A stretch of 64,000 nt of DNA from Chrysomallon squamiferum (GCA_012295275.1 CM022677.1:17856001-17920000); one strand, 5' to 3'. Positions 13,495 through 28,096 are shown, numbered from the stretch's first letter. Notes: a model not told the origin generated them from the letters alone. Numbers and translations: made by a program.

Positions 13495-14373
13495 GTTGTC
13501 TATCTTTCTTTATCTCTCTCTCTTTCTCTCTCTTGAGTTGTCTCTTTTCTTATGTATCTCTCTCTCTTTTCTCTCTCATCTCTCTGTTGTCTATCTTTTT
13601 CTTTGAGAGAGATGGAGATCTAGATGAAGGAAAAAATAAAAACTTTATAGAAAGAATAAGAGAATCTCTCTGGAATAAATCTTTCTTTCTCTCTCTCTCA
13701 CTCTCCTCTCTCTCTCATAAAGATCTCAGTTGGAAAATGAATTTCTTTAGAAAGAGATCTAGACAGCAATCTCAGGAAGAAAATCTCATATCTCTCTGTT
13801 GTCTATCTTTCTTTATCTCTCTCTCTCTCTCTCTCAAGATGGAGAAATCTCTCTCTCTCTCTCTCAATTATAGATAGAAATAAAGAAATAAGAATGTGTG
13901 TCTTATTCTGAGTGATGTGCAGGAGTGAGAGTCAGACAAATACAGATGACAAAGACAAGGAAAGAAAGAATTAGACAGAAATAAAGAAATAAGAAAGAAG
14001 AGGAGAGAGAGAGAGAAATAGAGAAAGAGAAAAACAGAAAGAGAAAGAGAGAAAAACAGAGAGAATAGAAAATGAGAAAGATGGAGAGAAAGAAATGAAG
14101 TCAGCAAGAGAAAGAAAGAAAAAAAAAATCGAGAGCGAGAGAGAGAAAACAACAGAAACATGAATGAGAACACACACACACACACAGAAACAGAGACAAA
14201 CACAGAAGAGAGAGACAGCCAAGGACTGGTCAATAAACGCAGTCAATAGACTCACGCGGGCTGGAAGATATTTCTTGTAGCTCACAATCATAATTTAATT
14301 GTTGATAATTTCACACAGCCACCGCGATCATATCAATGTAATAATCGTTATAAAACAGCTGAATGTTTGCTAT

Positions 14374-14632
14374 GGGACTTCTCCCATTATACAGCAAGGG
14401 TCCTCTCAGTAATAGTTGTGATAGGGGACTTGTGTCATTATACAGCAAGGGTCCACTCAGTAATAGTTGTGATAGGGGGGGTTTCTGTCATTATACAGCA
14501 AGGGTCCACTCAGTAATAGTTGTGATAGGGGGACTTCTGTCATTATACAGCAAGGGTCCACTTAGTAATAGTTGTGATAGGGGGTTTCTGTCATTATACA
14601 GTAAAAGGTCTTGTGAATAATGGGGATAGGGG
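14374..14632. repeat. Minisatellite of about 52 bp, about 5 copies
   Basis: Unit ggacttctgtcattatacagcaagggtccactcagtaatagttgtgataggg. Explains ORF 14363..14620. Confidence 0.95.
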
Positions 14633-15604
14633 GAAGTGGGTGATGGGTGATGTCCTTGTTTTCTTGGTTAGGTTGGATGAAGGGTGATTGTGGTGATGTG
14701 ACTTTCTGTTTCATTTGACTAAATTGAAATTTGTAAGAAATGGAAATTGGTTGTGTCTGTCTCTCTGTGTGTATTTATGTGTTGTCTGTATGTCTGTCTG
14801 TCTCTGGTTGTTAGTGTAGCTGAGATGATGTGTGATTTAAGGCTCCTATCAATAACAGTAATAACGAAACAATGATAATCTGCTTCTATTATACATCTTC
14901 TTGTATTGTTTAGTGTGAACGTCGTCATGGTTACGGTTGTGGTTTGATAAAAAAGATCCTATCAACAACAGCGATGATGATGGGATGTGAATGATGATAA
15001 ACTGCTTCACTGATACAACATCTTGTATTATTAACATCATCAATTGGAACAACAAACCAAGGCACTGGTCAATTAAAACATAAACTTGTCCTTTTAGACT
15101 TGGCCAATTTTAATTAAGGGACCGTCCAAAATTTATACGTGGAGGTAACAGCGGTGAATATTTTGTTGTATTACACTGGCATATTCTTGTTCTGCTGGTG
15201 TCCAGAGAGTTGGAGTAATAATAAAACTTGGCAGTGGTCACTGAGAGACCATTACGGACACTGTCCAGTACTAATAATTTAATGGTCCAGTCAGCAAATG
15301 TTATGGTGGAAATTTACTGGTGATGATGGTAGAGTTGTTGTTTTTGTGGGGTTTTTTTTTTTCATTTTGTATATTCTTGTGTATTCTTGTTGCTCAGAGG
15401 TTTGGAATGGTAAAAGCCCGAGTTTGTCACTGAATGAAAATAAGGGGCTGGTCCTGTTAACATAGTGTAAGGGTCCTGTCAGTAAATGTTATGAGGGTGG
15501 TGAGCATGGCAGAGTTTCATTACCCATCCCTGATTGTAGTTTTTGACTGGCCCCTTATTTTATTATTTTGGTTCAGCTACTGTATTTGCATAAAAGCACA
15601 CACA

Positions 15605-15655
<51 letters not shown>

Positions 15656-16182
15656 ACATACACACAGTCACACACATATTTATACATATACATATATACA
15701 TAAATTCACACAGATGAAACAAGTGCTGAATTTAAAACTGAAAGAACAAAATGCTATTCTGATGACAATTAATATTTTAATAGTTACGCATTTTTTTTTT
15801 TTTTTTAAAGTGCACAGGTAAATATTAAAAAAAAAAAACTTTCATGTTGAATGGTGTCTATTATTAATGCATAAGTAATGCATTAATAATTCTTAAATGA
15901 TTTATAATTATGTATGTACATTAGAGATATTGTACCCATGAGAAAGAAATGAGAAAGGTGAGAAAAAGTATGTGTGTATGTACGTGTGTGTGTGTGTGTT
16001 AATGAATGTGAGAGAGACAGATAGAAAAACAAATAGCACTGATACTTTCTTTCTTTCCTTTTCTCTTACTTTCCCTCATTCCACCCTCTGTCTTTCTATT
16101 TCTCTTTTTTTCTGTCAGTGTGTGTCTGTCCTCTCTCTCCTCATTTTCTTTTTCCCTAACTTCTCTCTCTCTCTCTCTCTCT

Positions 16183-16218
<36 letters not shown>

Positions 16219-16228
16219 CCTCCCTCCT

Positions 16229-16317
<89 letters not shown>

Positions 16318-17247
16318 CCCTTCTCATTTTCTGTCCCCCCCTCCCTCTTTCTCTTTCTCCCCCTCTCCCTGTCTGTCACTTTTTCAAACTTACTCACTTA
16401 CTCACCACATCTTTGCACTCACCACATTTTTGCCAGCCAGCCAGCAAGCAAACCTGCGATTATATCATTAACTAAACGCTGCCTTCGTCCAGAATTTCTA
16501 ATCTCCGAAGAAACACTTTATCAAATTGCTGCACAGCGAATTATTAACACGTGAAAATTAGTTTTCCCCCACCAGAGTCAAATTTCACGGGGGGGGGGGG
16601 GTGGGGGAATAATTAGTGATCTGGCGAAAGGTATGTGTTTGTGTGTCTGTGTGTTTGTGTGTCTGTTTGTCAGTGTGTGTTGATTACCATGCAGGGAAAA
16701 TTGTGAGTTATGTGACCAGTTTTCACTAAATGCACCTAAAAGTGATGAAGATTAATCTTTATGTTATTTTTTTTTAGTTTTTTTTACGGTTTGCTGTTGT
16801 TAAATAATTTTTTTTTTTTTTTAAATTTTTTTTTTCAGTTTATGATTTTTACGTGCTCTGCTGAATTAATAAAATTAAATTCGGTGTATACAATTTCTCT
16901 AAAAAAATAAGTTTGTATGTGTTTGTATATATATATATATTTAATTAAAATAGTAGAGAGGGGAACAGAGAGAGATGTAAAGAAAGTAAGGAGAAATAAA
17001 AAGAGAGAAATCTACATATAAACACATACATATTTCCACTCATACATCCATACATACATTTCATCCTCTGTACTATTAACAATACCTTTCAAAAAAAAAA
17101 AAATAATAATAAAATGATTTAAAATAAACATAATAATAAAAATTATATAAATGAAATAACATAAATGAATAAAATATTATAAAAAAAATAAAATAAAAAA
17201 AAATAAAATTAATGAATAAATAATAATAATAAAAAAAAAAAATAATG

Positions 17248-17279
<32 letters not shown>

Positions 17280-17515
17280 TTAAATACAGAATGTATATAT
17301 ATAAATTAAAACGACTGAATAATTTGAAAATAACTCAAAATCAATAGGCAATCATGTAAAGCTTTTTACGAACCAGGAACCTGCCTAATAAATCACCTGC
17401 GCATTACAGACACATGCTGATTCGATGTGTTTGTGTGTTGGACAATCAATCAATAGTTGTTTCGTACACAGGCAGAAATTTGGTAAAATTGAAAAATGGT
17501 AAAATGATGATTTGC

Positions 17516-17546
<31 letters not shown>

Positions 17547-17709
17547 CCTGGTACTTTTAATTAAATATTTGCTTCATTCTGTTTCCTCCAGCTTAATGTG
17601 GGGTGGGAGGGGGGGGGAGGGGAGGGGGGAGATATGGATGAAAAGATAATTAAAAATGTGATAATTAATAATAATGATGAAAAGAAAATGATGAATGAGA
17701 CATGGGGTG

Positions 17710-17745
<36 letters not shown>

Positions 17746-18229
17746 CAGGCTGGAAGGAGAAATGAACAGCAGACAAAATATAGCTGATATTGTATTAAAT
17801 GTGTAATAATAATAATAATAATAATCATAATCATAATAATAATCATAATAATAATTAATAATATTCTAATGTTATGAAGAAGAAGAAAAAAAAAAAAAAT
17901 AGAGAAAAAGGGAGAGCAGGAGAGAGAGAGAGAATGAGTTAATGTGTGTGTCTGTGTGTTTGTCTGTTTCTGTGTGTTTGTCTGTTTCTGTATGTGTGTG
18001 AGAGAGTGATATAGAAGGATGAAGGGAAAGAAGGAGAGTCAAAGGAGATAAAACAATGAATAAAAATCAAAAGTGAAAGAAAGAAATATTTAAAAAGAAA
18101 TGAAAACGGGAGAGACAGAAGGACAAAAACAGCTCAGTACTCATCACAAACCACACTACCACTCTAACCACTAAGCCACACGTCTTAATTATCTTAACGA
18201 GCAGTGATGCTAATCGTAGTTTTCAATCA

Positions 18230-18360
18230 ACACACCTGTGGCTCCGTTCAAAACAATGGATTACCTGAGTTAAGAGTCTTTCTTTGTTACCTTTCTGTTT
18301 GTGCATACCTGCTCCTAATTACCCGTCTTTGACTGTCATACAGGTGTGAATGCAGGTGAC
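18230..18360. promoter_or_regulatory. Second CAGGTR/YACCTG cluster
   Basis: Sites at 18233, 18262, 18306, 18341 and 18353, plus Sox-like AACAATG. Confidence 0.4.
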
Positions 18361-18789
18361 TTTCTCTGAATTTCTCATAATTAATGAGTTTTTTTTTTTT
18401 TTTTTAAAACAAATTCCTTTGCTAATTAATAAATATTTAACAATCCATTTTCTTGATAATAAATGAGATTTTTAGAATTCATTTTAAGTCTTTTTAATCT
18501 GAAAGTACGAAAAATCGATGATAATGTTAATACTTTAAAAAAAAAGAAAAAAAGAAGGATTTGTTAATAAAATTTTAATAATTAATCATCTGATAAATAA
18601 TAAGCTTAAAAAAAACAAAAACAAATTTTCTGTTGACTAATAAGATTTTTAAATATTTATTTTCTTATAATTAATAACTTTAAAAATATATATTTTTCAT
18701 ATATAACAAATATTTTTAATCTGGCTTGGCAAGGTAATCTTAAAATATTTAATATTATTTTATTATGCTATAGTGTATGATATGATATG

Positions 18790-18820
<31 letters not shown>

Positions 18821-19289
18821 ATATATATATATTATGATATTATATATATATTTTATCATGCTGTAGTGTATTTTATTTACATATTTTATTATGCTATAGT
18901 ATACGAGTTTATTTATATATTCTATTAGATAGTTTAAGTATTAAATTGTAACAAAAGGGTTTGTACACCTGTTTGGTCTGTTTACACCTGTACTGTAATA
19001 CAATGTGAGGGTCATGCTTGGATTGCTGTAGGTTTCACAGTTTTTAATAATATTACCTGTAGCTTGGTTGTTTTTGTATTTTAAATGAATTAAAAACATG
19101 CTTTCATGTATCTGTATACTGTATCTATGATTGAATAAATAAATATTTTTTCTTTTAATATACTCCTACAAACACACACACACACAAATTTACCTATAGA
19201 TAGGTGTACATGCATGTATAGAATTACATATTCATGCTGAAGTGTAAACAGGTGCACACACCCACACACACAAACTCTATTCATGTAAC

Positions 19290-19377
19290 ATATATCAAAT
19301 ATTACACATATATGATACTTAATTTATCTGTCTAGTTTTAACACTATTCAGACTGAAGACATACACCCACACCCTCT

Positions 19378-19426
<49 letters not shown>

Positions 19427-19565
19427 CACAGAAACAAATATTACATACTGTCTTTATTACATACGTCAGATATTACACATGTATGGTACTTAATTTATCT
19501 GCCTTGTTTGTGTGTATTTGTGTATTTTGCTTGTATTCTGTTATTAAAATCAGTATTAACACACA

Positions 19566-19625
<60 letters not shown>

Positions 19626-19934
19626 GAGATACTCTTTATTACATATTATATTATTACTACATATGTACAATACTGAATTTATCATTCCACTGTGTGTTTA
19701 TTAAGGCAGTGTTCTGTTATTTAATACCATTATTCACACAAGCAAACAGACAGCACAAACAGCAAATACTTCTCTCTTGTTGCATGTAGGAAATATTATA
19801 CTTGTATAGTACTTAATTAACCTGTCTAGTGTTTTGTGTTTTGATGGTATTCTGTTTACTAAAAATCAATATTCACCCCCGACATACATACTAATAAAGA
19901 GAAATATACTCTGTTGTTTATAATATATCTATGA

Positions 19935-19988
<54 letters not shown>

Positions 19989-20140
19989 ATGGGTATATAT
20001 ATATATGTGTATATAGATAGATAGATAATATGTGTGTGTGCGTGTGTGTCTCTGTATATATTCTGTTATATCGTTGTTACATACGTCAGATATTACACAT
20101 GTCAGATATTACACATGTGTGATATTTAATTTATCGCTCT
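19290..20140. repeat. Old tandem repeat whose units are split by different microsatellites
   Basis: atattacacat...tacttaatttatctg recurs near 19300, 19470, 19790 and 20105. Confidence 0.7.
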
Positions 20141-20360
20141 GCTGTGTGTGTGTTTTGACAGTGTTCTGTTTACCAAAAACGATGTCACGGATGATGGCTT
20201 CACTCAATGACTGTGACAGCTGTGTGCATATCAACACACGATTATGATATCTACAGCTACTACAGCAGGATATTAAATTATCACAAACACATTTGTTCAC
20301 ATGATTATCACACTTTGTATTATATTAATTTATGGTAGATATGTCTGTCTTTTCTGAATG

Positions 20361-20416
<56 letters not shown>

Positions 20417-20507
20417 TTGTCTCTGTGAATTGGGTAAATTAGTCCATTCATTTGTTCTTAATAGTTCTTTTATTCATATTCTTACATTAGATATGTTGGT
20501 CTTGTTA

Positions 20508-20555
<48 letters not shown>

Positions 20556-20739
20556 CATCTGTGTACAGCAAACAGAGACTTTGAATACTGAACTATTAAA
20601 AAAAAAAAAGATAAACATGCTTGTATTTACACAACAAAAAAACACATTCAGCCTTTTGTTGACATACTTATGGTCTATAAAAAATATGTAATATCACATA
20701 CCTAGGTACATACTACAACATATATTACATTCCTTTGTA

Positions 20740-20778
<39 letters not shown>

Positions 20779-21504
20779 ATATATATATATATAATTATTT
20801 TGTTTTAGACACAAACATGATTATTTGTTTGTACAAACTGAGACACACACACATACACACACCCACACACACACACACACACACACACAAAATCATTGAT
20901 TTCAAACTGTCTAATGCGAGGTTATATTGATTTTTGTTTTTGTTTATATCTCTGTAGAATTTACCTTTGTTCAGAATTAATTACAGTCTGTTTCCCTTCT
21001 ATACTGAATGAATTTTTTTTAATATATAAATATTTTTATAGATTTAAATTTGTCTTTATGACATGTATAATGATGATGATGATGATGACGATGATGATGA
21101 TGGGGTGATGATATTGATAGAGATCCAAATTATAATATAATGATTATGATGATGATGGCAATAACAGCAATACTACTGATAGTAGTTGCAGAAGTAGTAA
21201 TACTATGACAAAACCCTTTGAGTGCCTCCTTCAGGCTAATATTCCATTCTAGACACGGCTCTGTCAGTCTGTCACATTTATTATTTCTGTCATTACCAGA
21301 TAAATACATAAACATAAATTTTAAAAACTGTCATTTTACAAATTTTTTCATTTGTTCAGTACATGTTGTGTATGTTGACAGATAAATATTTGTTTAGTTC
21401 TTTTCTTTATGACTATGATTATTATTTATTTATTCACTTGTTTATTAAATTTATTTTATTTAATTTATTTTATTTTATTTTATTTTATTTTATTTTATTT
21501 TATT

Positions 21505-21535
<31 letters not shown>

Positions 21536-21619
21536 TTATTTACTAATATTTATTCATTCATTTATATTGACATTTATTTTTTTTCTCCATTCATTCTATT
21601 CACGTTGTTATTCATGTCA

Positions 21620-21655
21620 CTTAATATTTGTTTTCTTTCTGTTTTTCAGGTAAGT
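21620..21655 (+). other. Candidate recursive splice site (ratchet point) 1: 3' splice site fused to 5' splice site, junction 21649/21650
   Basis: Sequence cttaatatttgttttctttctgtttttcag|gtaagt. Branch-point-like TTAAT at 21621-21625, pyrimidine tract, CAG, then perfect GTAAGT. I see no AG dinucleotide for about 250 nt upstream. Confidence 0.65.
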
Positions 21656-21709
21656 CATCTTTCTTTACAAAGGTTAAGATAAACAAAAAAAAGTCTGTTC
21701 TACTTCATG
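21650..21709 (+). other. Candidate cryptic RS-exon (60 nt) downstream of ratchet point 1
   Basis: Ends at a second donor, catg|gtaaga (GT at 21710-21711). It has stop codons in two of three frames. Confidence 0.45.
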
Positions 21710-21885
21710 GTAAGAACTTCAAATATATTTCCTTGATTATTATATATATATTTTTTTCTAAATTTATATTTTCCTGTTTTGTGACATTGGGGGTTATTTA
21801 CAACTGTAGCCATTTGCTGATATTTACAAAGACAATAATTTACAAATGATGACATCCCATTTAATACTGTATTACAAGAGTTAGT

Positions 21886-21948
<63 letters not shown>

Positions 21949-22570
21949 TGTATATGCATCTGTGTGTATGTATGTATGCATGTATGAGTTAATTTATACA
22001 ATTTATACAATGTACATATATAGTTAAAAACCCAGTACTGACACACACAGGATAGATGGAAAGAAAGTGGGGTAGAGATGAAGGGAGAGAGAGAAAGTAA
22101 GAGAGAGAGGGAGAGGAAGAGTGAGAGAAAAGGAAGCTACTAATGATTATATATATGGAATTGATGCATTTCTTTCTCACACACATATCAACAAATTATA
22201 CAGAGATGAAAAACAAAAAGTAATGTACATCTGTTGCTTTTTAGTTTCTGTTTTTTCAAATTTATCTTGATATTTAGTTGTTTATATTAATACTACTACT
22301 ACTGCTACTACTACTACTACTACTACTACTAATAATAATAATAAGAAGAATAGTAATAGTAATAGTTATAGTAATAATAATAATAATTTATAATATCAGT
22401 AAAAGAATGATGATTATTATAAACAAACCAATATGTATAGGCCCTATCTATCTATCTATCTATCTATCTATCTGTCTGTCTGTCTGTCTATCTGTCTATC
22501 TGTCTGTCTATCTATCTGTCTGTCTATCTATCTGTCTATCTCTCTATCTATCTGTCTATCTATCTATCTA

Positions 22571-22601
<31 letters not shown>

Positions 22602-22688
22602 TAAAAAGAAATTATTCTGTCACTGACACACTAACAGAAAATGCATTCACACCTATCGGCTTTGTACTAAACACATCCACACTTCACC

Positions 22689-22805
22689 CACTAACCCACT
22701 ACAAACACAACCCATCCATAGACCAATCACTAACCCACTACACACACAACCCATCCATAGACCAATCACTAACCCACTACAAACACAACCCATCCATAGA
22801 TCAAT
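22689..22805. repeat. 39-bp tandem repeat, 3 copies
   Basis: cactaacccactacaaacacaacccatccatagaccaat. Confidence 0.95.
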
Positions 22806-23164
22806 CCTTAAAAACCCCCCAAAAAACCAAAAACCAGCAACAACATATTACTATCCTTCTTCTTCATCATGATCTTCTTCTTTCCTTATTTTTTTTGATT
22901 AAAAATTCCAGTATAAACAATCCCCCTCTCCCTTCCCCCTCCCTCCTGCTCCTCCAAGTTCTGCCCTGACGTCACAAAAATCTGTAGTAAAATCCTAGAC
23001 TGGTTTTTTTTTGTAAACAGACAGTAGACTGATCACTTCAAAGATGTGGCAGACGGCACAAAATGGCTGACCATGATACCCTGTGTTTACATCCTGCTGC
23101 GTCTGCTGCTTCAAGTTTGTTTCTTTTTTGTCTTCTTCTTCTCAGTTTGGCAGAGATAGACTTG

Positions 23165-23200
<36 letters not shown>

Positions 23201-23326
23201 AAATGTTGGTGCTGGATGGTAGAAATGGGTTAGAGTCTTTTGTGATTCTCTGTCTGTCTGTCTGTTTATCTGTCTTTGCTTATTTTTTTTTTCTTTCTTT
23301 CTTTATTTTTCTCTCTGTCTCTGCAT

Positions 23327-23391
<65 letters not shown>

Positions 23392-23412
23392 CTCTCTCTG
23401 TATCTCTATCTC

Positions 23413-23449
<37 letters not shown>

Positions 23450-24525
23450 AAATAGACAGATGTACACATGAATGTGTGTATATGTTTATACAAGTACCAT
23501 GGACTAATTATAAAAAATTATAATTTAATAAAATTTTAAAGTATAATAGATAAATGAATGAATAAATGAATGAATAAATAAGTTAAATGAATAATTTAAA
23601 AAACACAAACAGAAAACAAAATATTGCCATTACTATTAATACTACTACTTCTTAAATATAAATAAATAAATCAATAAACAATAAAAAGAAACACAAACCA
23701 AAAAAACAGATACACAAAAAAACACCTACATTAATTCCAAACCACCTCACATTCTTTTTCTTTTCATTTCTTTTTTCATTCAAATAACCGTCCGATTTTC
23801 GGCAAGTCTAGTATCAAACAGGGGGAACATAAATGTTCTTCGAGAACACATGTGGCTCTCTTCTGTCAACCGAATGTTCTCTGATTAATTGTGCAGTTAT
23901 AAACAAGACTGCAACACCAGACACTTTCAATCAGTTTCCAGAACGTCAGAGTTTATTCAGTAAATTTCTAATCCCACATTATATAGTTAGTTCTTTCTTG
24001 TTGGGTTTTTTTTTTTGTTCTTTTTCTTGTTTTCTTGAAATAAAAACTAAAGCATGGCATCCCAGGGCCATCTGTGAAAGGGAGAGTTAAAAAAAAATGA
24101 TAAACTTCATTTCACTGCTTGTGTATAATGATGATGATTCGTAAACATTTTCTGAAGTAAGGGTGGGGGTTGAACAGGGGAGGGGGGAGTTGTTTGTGTG
24201 GGGAATGGGTTGGGGTGGGGGGTGTTGATGAAGGATAAAGTTATTGCAGATTTTGTAAACTTTTCAAAAGCAAGGGTGGGGCAGGAAAGGGGGTGTTGTT
24301 TGATGGGGGTGTGTGGGGGGATGGAGGAAGTTTTCTTATAGAGTAGATTGTGTTTTTGTTTCTAGTAATTCCTTGTATTGTTTTTGCATTCTCTTCTGTT
24401 TGTGTTTTTCTCTCTGAGTTTGTCTCATTTCATTTTCTTTTCTGTCTCTGTCTCTGTCTCTGATGATCTGGGAATAAGTCTCTGTTCTGTTTTGGCTCTC
24501 CCTTATTCTGTTCTCTGTCTCTCTC

Positions 24526-24625
<100 letters not shown>

Positions 24626-25587
24626 CTGTTGTATTGCTGTTTGTCTTTAAACTGCATCTTCATTTTTCTCTATATCCTTTCTCTTGCTTCCCCATCACAC
24701 ACAAAACACTAGAAAGAGAATCACAGCAATCTGAAGTGTATTTACAGTGACAGCACATAGAAAATGAAAATCTGTTTAAAACATTCCAGAAGAGGGTGGA
24801 TATGGCAAATATCTTTATAATAAATAATCTGTCTTTCCACTATGTAACTTCTCCCTCACTAACACACACACAGACAGACAGACACACATTCTCTAATTCT
24901 CTTATTTCTCTCATCCCTCCTTCATTCTCTTCCCTTTTACCTTTTCAGAAACTTATATATAATATAAATGGGTTTTTTTATGTCGTTTTTTTTAAAAATC
25001 CAAATAAAATTCCAACAAAAACAAACAAAAAAAAAAAAAAAATTATCCTTTATACAAAAATTATCAGTCTATTTTTTTTTTTTTTTTTTTAGTTGTTTTT
25101 TTTTTCCACCTAACCAGATCTCCACAAAACACTCTGGATACAGTTACATGTAACACTTAGTAACATAAGCTCCATAATTTTAGGATACGGATATCAGGTT
25201 ACCTTTGCTCCATACCAAACTGTGTATCCAGTTACTAATAACACTAATAACAGTATTTCCACGTTTCAGATTAAATAATTGATTTTTTTTTCTTTCACTC
25301 AATGTTATTGTTATGCTAATGTGAATAATATTTGTTAATTTTTTAAAATTATTTTATTTTTTTTTCATCCTTGGCTGTTGGATATTAGTTATATTACGCA
25401 GTTTTCTCTTCTCTTCTCTCTCTCTCTCTCTCTTAGTTTTTCTGTCTTTCTGTTTCTTGGACTCTCTCTCTCTCATCTTATTGTTTTCTCTGTCATGTCT
25501 GTCCAGTCTCTCTCACAGAATACTAGAAATTTTTTTCTCTTTCCCTTTGTTTCTCTGTCTCTCTCTCATGGATGTTTATAATACTAC

Positions 25588-25673
<86 letters not shown>

Positions 25674-26674
25674 CATATACATATACAACAAATTTAATTT
25701 TACAGGATAGAAACTTTAGTCAAAGGATGAAATTTCATGACACTGGTTTTTTTTTTGGGTTTTTTTAAACTCTTAGTAAGTTTATCATTCCAGCATTACA
25801 ACAGGAATCTGTTATTAACAGATTACATTTCCTAACTGAAACAATTAACTTTAAAAAAAAACACACTAATCACATTCCATTGTTCTGTTGTGAAATTTGA
25901 GAATTTAAATTAACCATTTAAACATTGTTTGTTTTGTTCCCTTTTTTCTTCTATTTTATTTTTTTTTTTAATTATAAAACTATTTACTCTTTATGTGAAC
26001 TGCTTAAAACATCTGAATTTTCATTTTTACTTTTCATGGTCATTTAATTTTTTTTTTTTTTTGAAATGAAACAATAGATATCATATTTCATTGATTATAG
26101 TTTGTCACTCTGACAAGGTCAAAATATTAAAATAGCAATTGATTGTCTTGCTATTTCATCAGATAAAATTTTAAAAATATAATCAAACCCTTTCAAAGTT
26201 CATATTTAAATTAAGATGATGTGCATTCATGTTTTTACTTATTATAATCCAGCTGTTATGAATGTCTGGGATTTTAAAAATGAAAAAAAAACAACAAAAA
26301 ATAAACAAAAAATTTTTAAAACCTTTAACCCTTTCAAATCTGACATTATCTAAAATAGATACAATACGAAATATAATTTTTTTTTTTTTTTTTTTTTAAA
26401 TACTTTCATCCTTTCAAAGTTCATATTTAAAACATAAAAAGACCTGCATTCATGTTTCAGCGTGTTCTATACCATCTGTTATGTGTGTACGCACCTTTAG
26501 ATAACCTTTGCAGAGATTTCAATTTTTAGCAGATAACAGGTATGAGCTGGTTTTTGTGGTCGTTTTCAATCGTTCATTGTCAGAGCCTATCAAGGTGTTA
26601 ACTCGCTGTATTTCTGGTTAATGTCTCATCTACCTGTGAGTCTACCTGCGACTGATGAATAAAATGCATTACCT

Positions 26675-26835
26675 AATTTTTAGAAGTTAATGGATTTTAT
26701 TACTTTACTGATTAAGACGGCCAATTGTGAAAAGATTTAAAATAAATAAATAAATAAATAAATACATCATTTTAGAAGTTAATGGATTTTATTACTTTAC
26801 TAATTAGACATTGCTAATTATGAAAGATTTAAAAT
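26675..26835. repeat. Tandem duplication of about 92 bp
   Basis: tttagaagttaatggattttattactttact occurs twice. Confidence 0.9.
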
Positions 26836-26949
26836 CAATAAATCAATAAATCAATCAATAAATAAATCAAGAACATCAAGGAAAAAAAAAAAAAAATAAT
26901 AATAATAAAAGGAAGGAATGATAAAAGATTATACTTAGATAGTTAATGT

Positions 26950-27925
26950 TATTTAGCCTTAAAGAACTAAACAGGAACAACTTAGCAGCAAAAGGGTTAA
27001 CTGCAATGTACCATGATCTCTTCACTTTTTGATGGTAAGAAACCAAGTAGATTTCATTTTAACATCATTTAGACCGGGAAGTATGTTTAAAGTTGAGACA
27101 CAAAAATATCACTTGGCAGCAAAAGGGTTAACTGCAAACCTCCCATGATCTGTGCAAAATGTTATGGTTAAGAATCCAAGCAGACTTGTTTAGCCCAGAA
27201 AAGGGTTAAACAGCATTTCTCAGTCATTGTGTGTTTAAAGTCAAGAAGACAAGACATTATTTAGCATTAAAAGGGTTAACTACAATGAACCTACACACTT
27301 TTAATGGTAAGAAACCAAACAGGTTTCATTTTGACATTATTTAGTCCCTACAAGGGTTAAACTTTATATCTCAGTCATTGTAGTGTTTACAGTCAAGACA
27401 TTGCTTTATTCAGCAGTAAAAGAGTTAATGAAAAATATTCCATGATCTACTCACTTTTAACTGTAAGAAACCAAATAGGTTTCATTTTGACATTATTTAG
27501 CCCTACGAGGGTTAAACTTTATATCTCAGTCATTGTATGTTTACAGTCAAGACATTGCTTTATTCAGCAGTAAAAGAGTTAATGAAAAATATTCCATGAT
27601 CTAAACTGAAAAAACCAAATAGATTTCCATTATTCATCTTAAACTTTATATCTCAGTCATTGTATGTTTACAGTCAAGACATTGCTTTATTCAGCAGTAA
27701 AAGAGTTAACTACAATCTACCATGATCTACTCACTTTTAACTGTAAGAAACTAAATAGATTTCATTTTGACATTATTCAGCCCTACGAGGGTTAAACTTT
27801 ATATCTCAGTCATTGTAATGTTTTACAGTCGAGACGTTGCTTTATACAGCACTAAAAGAGTTAATGAAAAATATTCCATGATCTGTGCACTTCTCAAAAG
27901 ATTAAGAATCCAAGCAGACTTATTT
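26950..27925. repeat. Composite tandem repeat of about 130-150 bp, about 6-7 units
   Basis: Modules cagc/taaaagg/agttaa, ccatgatct, aagaaaccaa and atctcagtcattgtatgtttacagtcaagacattgctttattcagcag recur. Confidence 0.9.
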
Positions 27926-28096
27926 AACACCGTGTAGGTTAATATCGCTGATAATGCACAGGGTCATTACGGTAATTTGTGTGTAGCCCTACAGACTGCC
28001 ATTCTGTGTTACACTGGCAGCTTGCATTGATTGCTCCAATAAAATTAAGCAATGATAATTCAGTTTCATTGATTAGGATCATCCCTCGATGATTAG

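Noticed and set aside
13486-13870. ORF 13287..13877 with a non-repetitive-looking middle
   Set aside because: Scrambled CT/AG-rich sequence with an internal duplication. More likely decayed simple repeat or consensus error.
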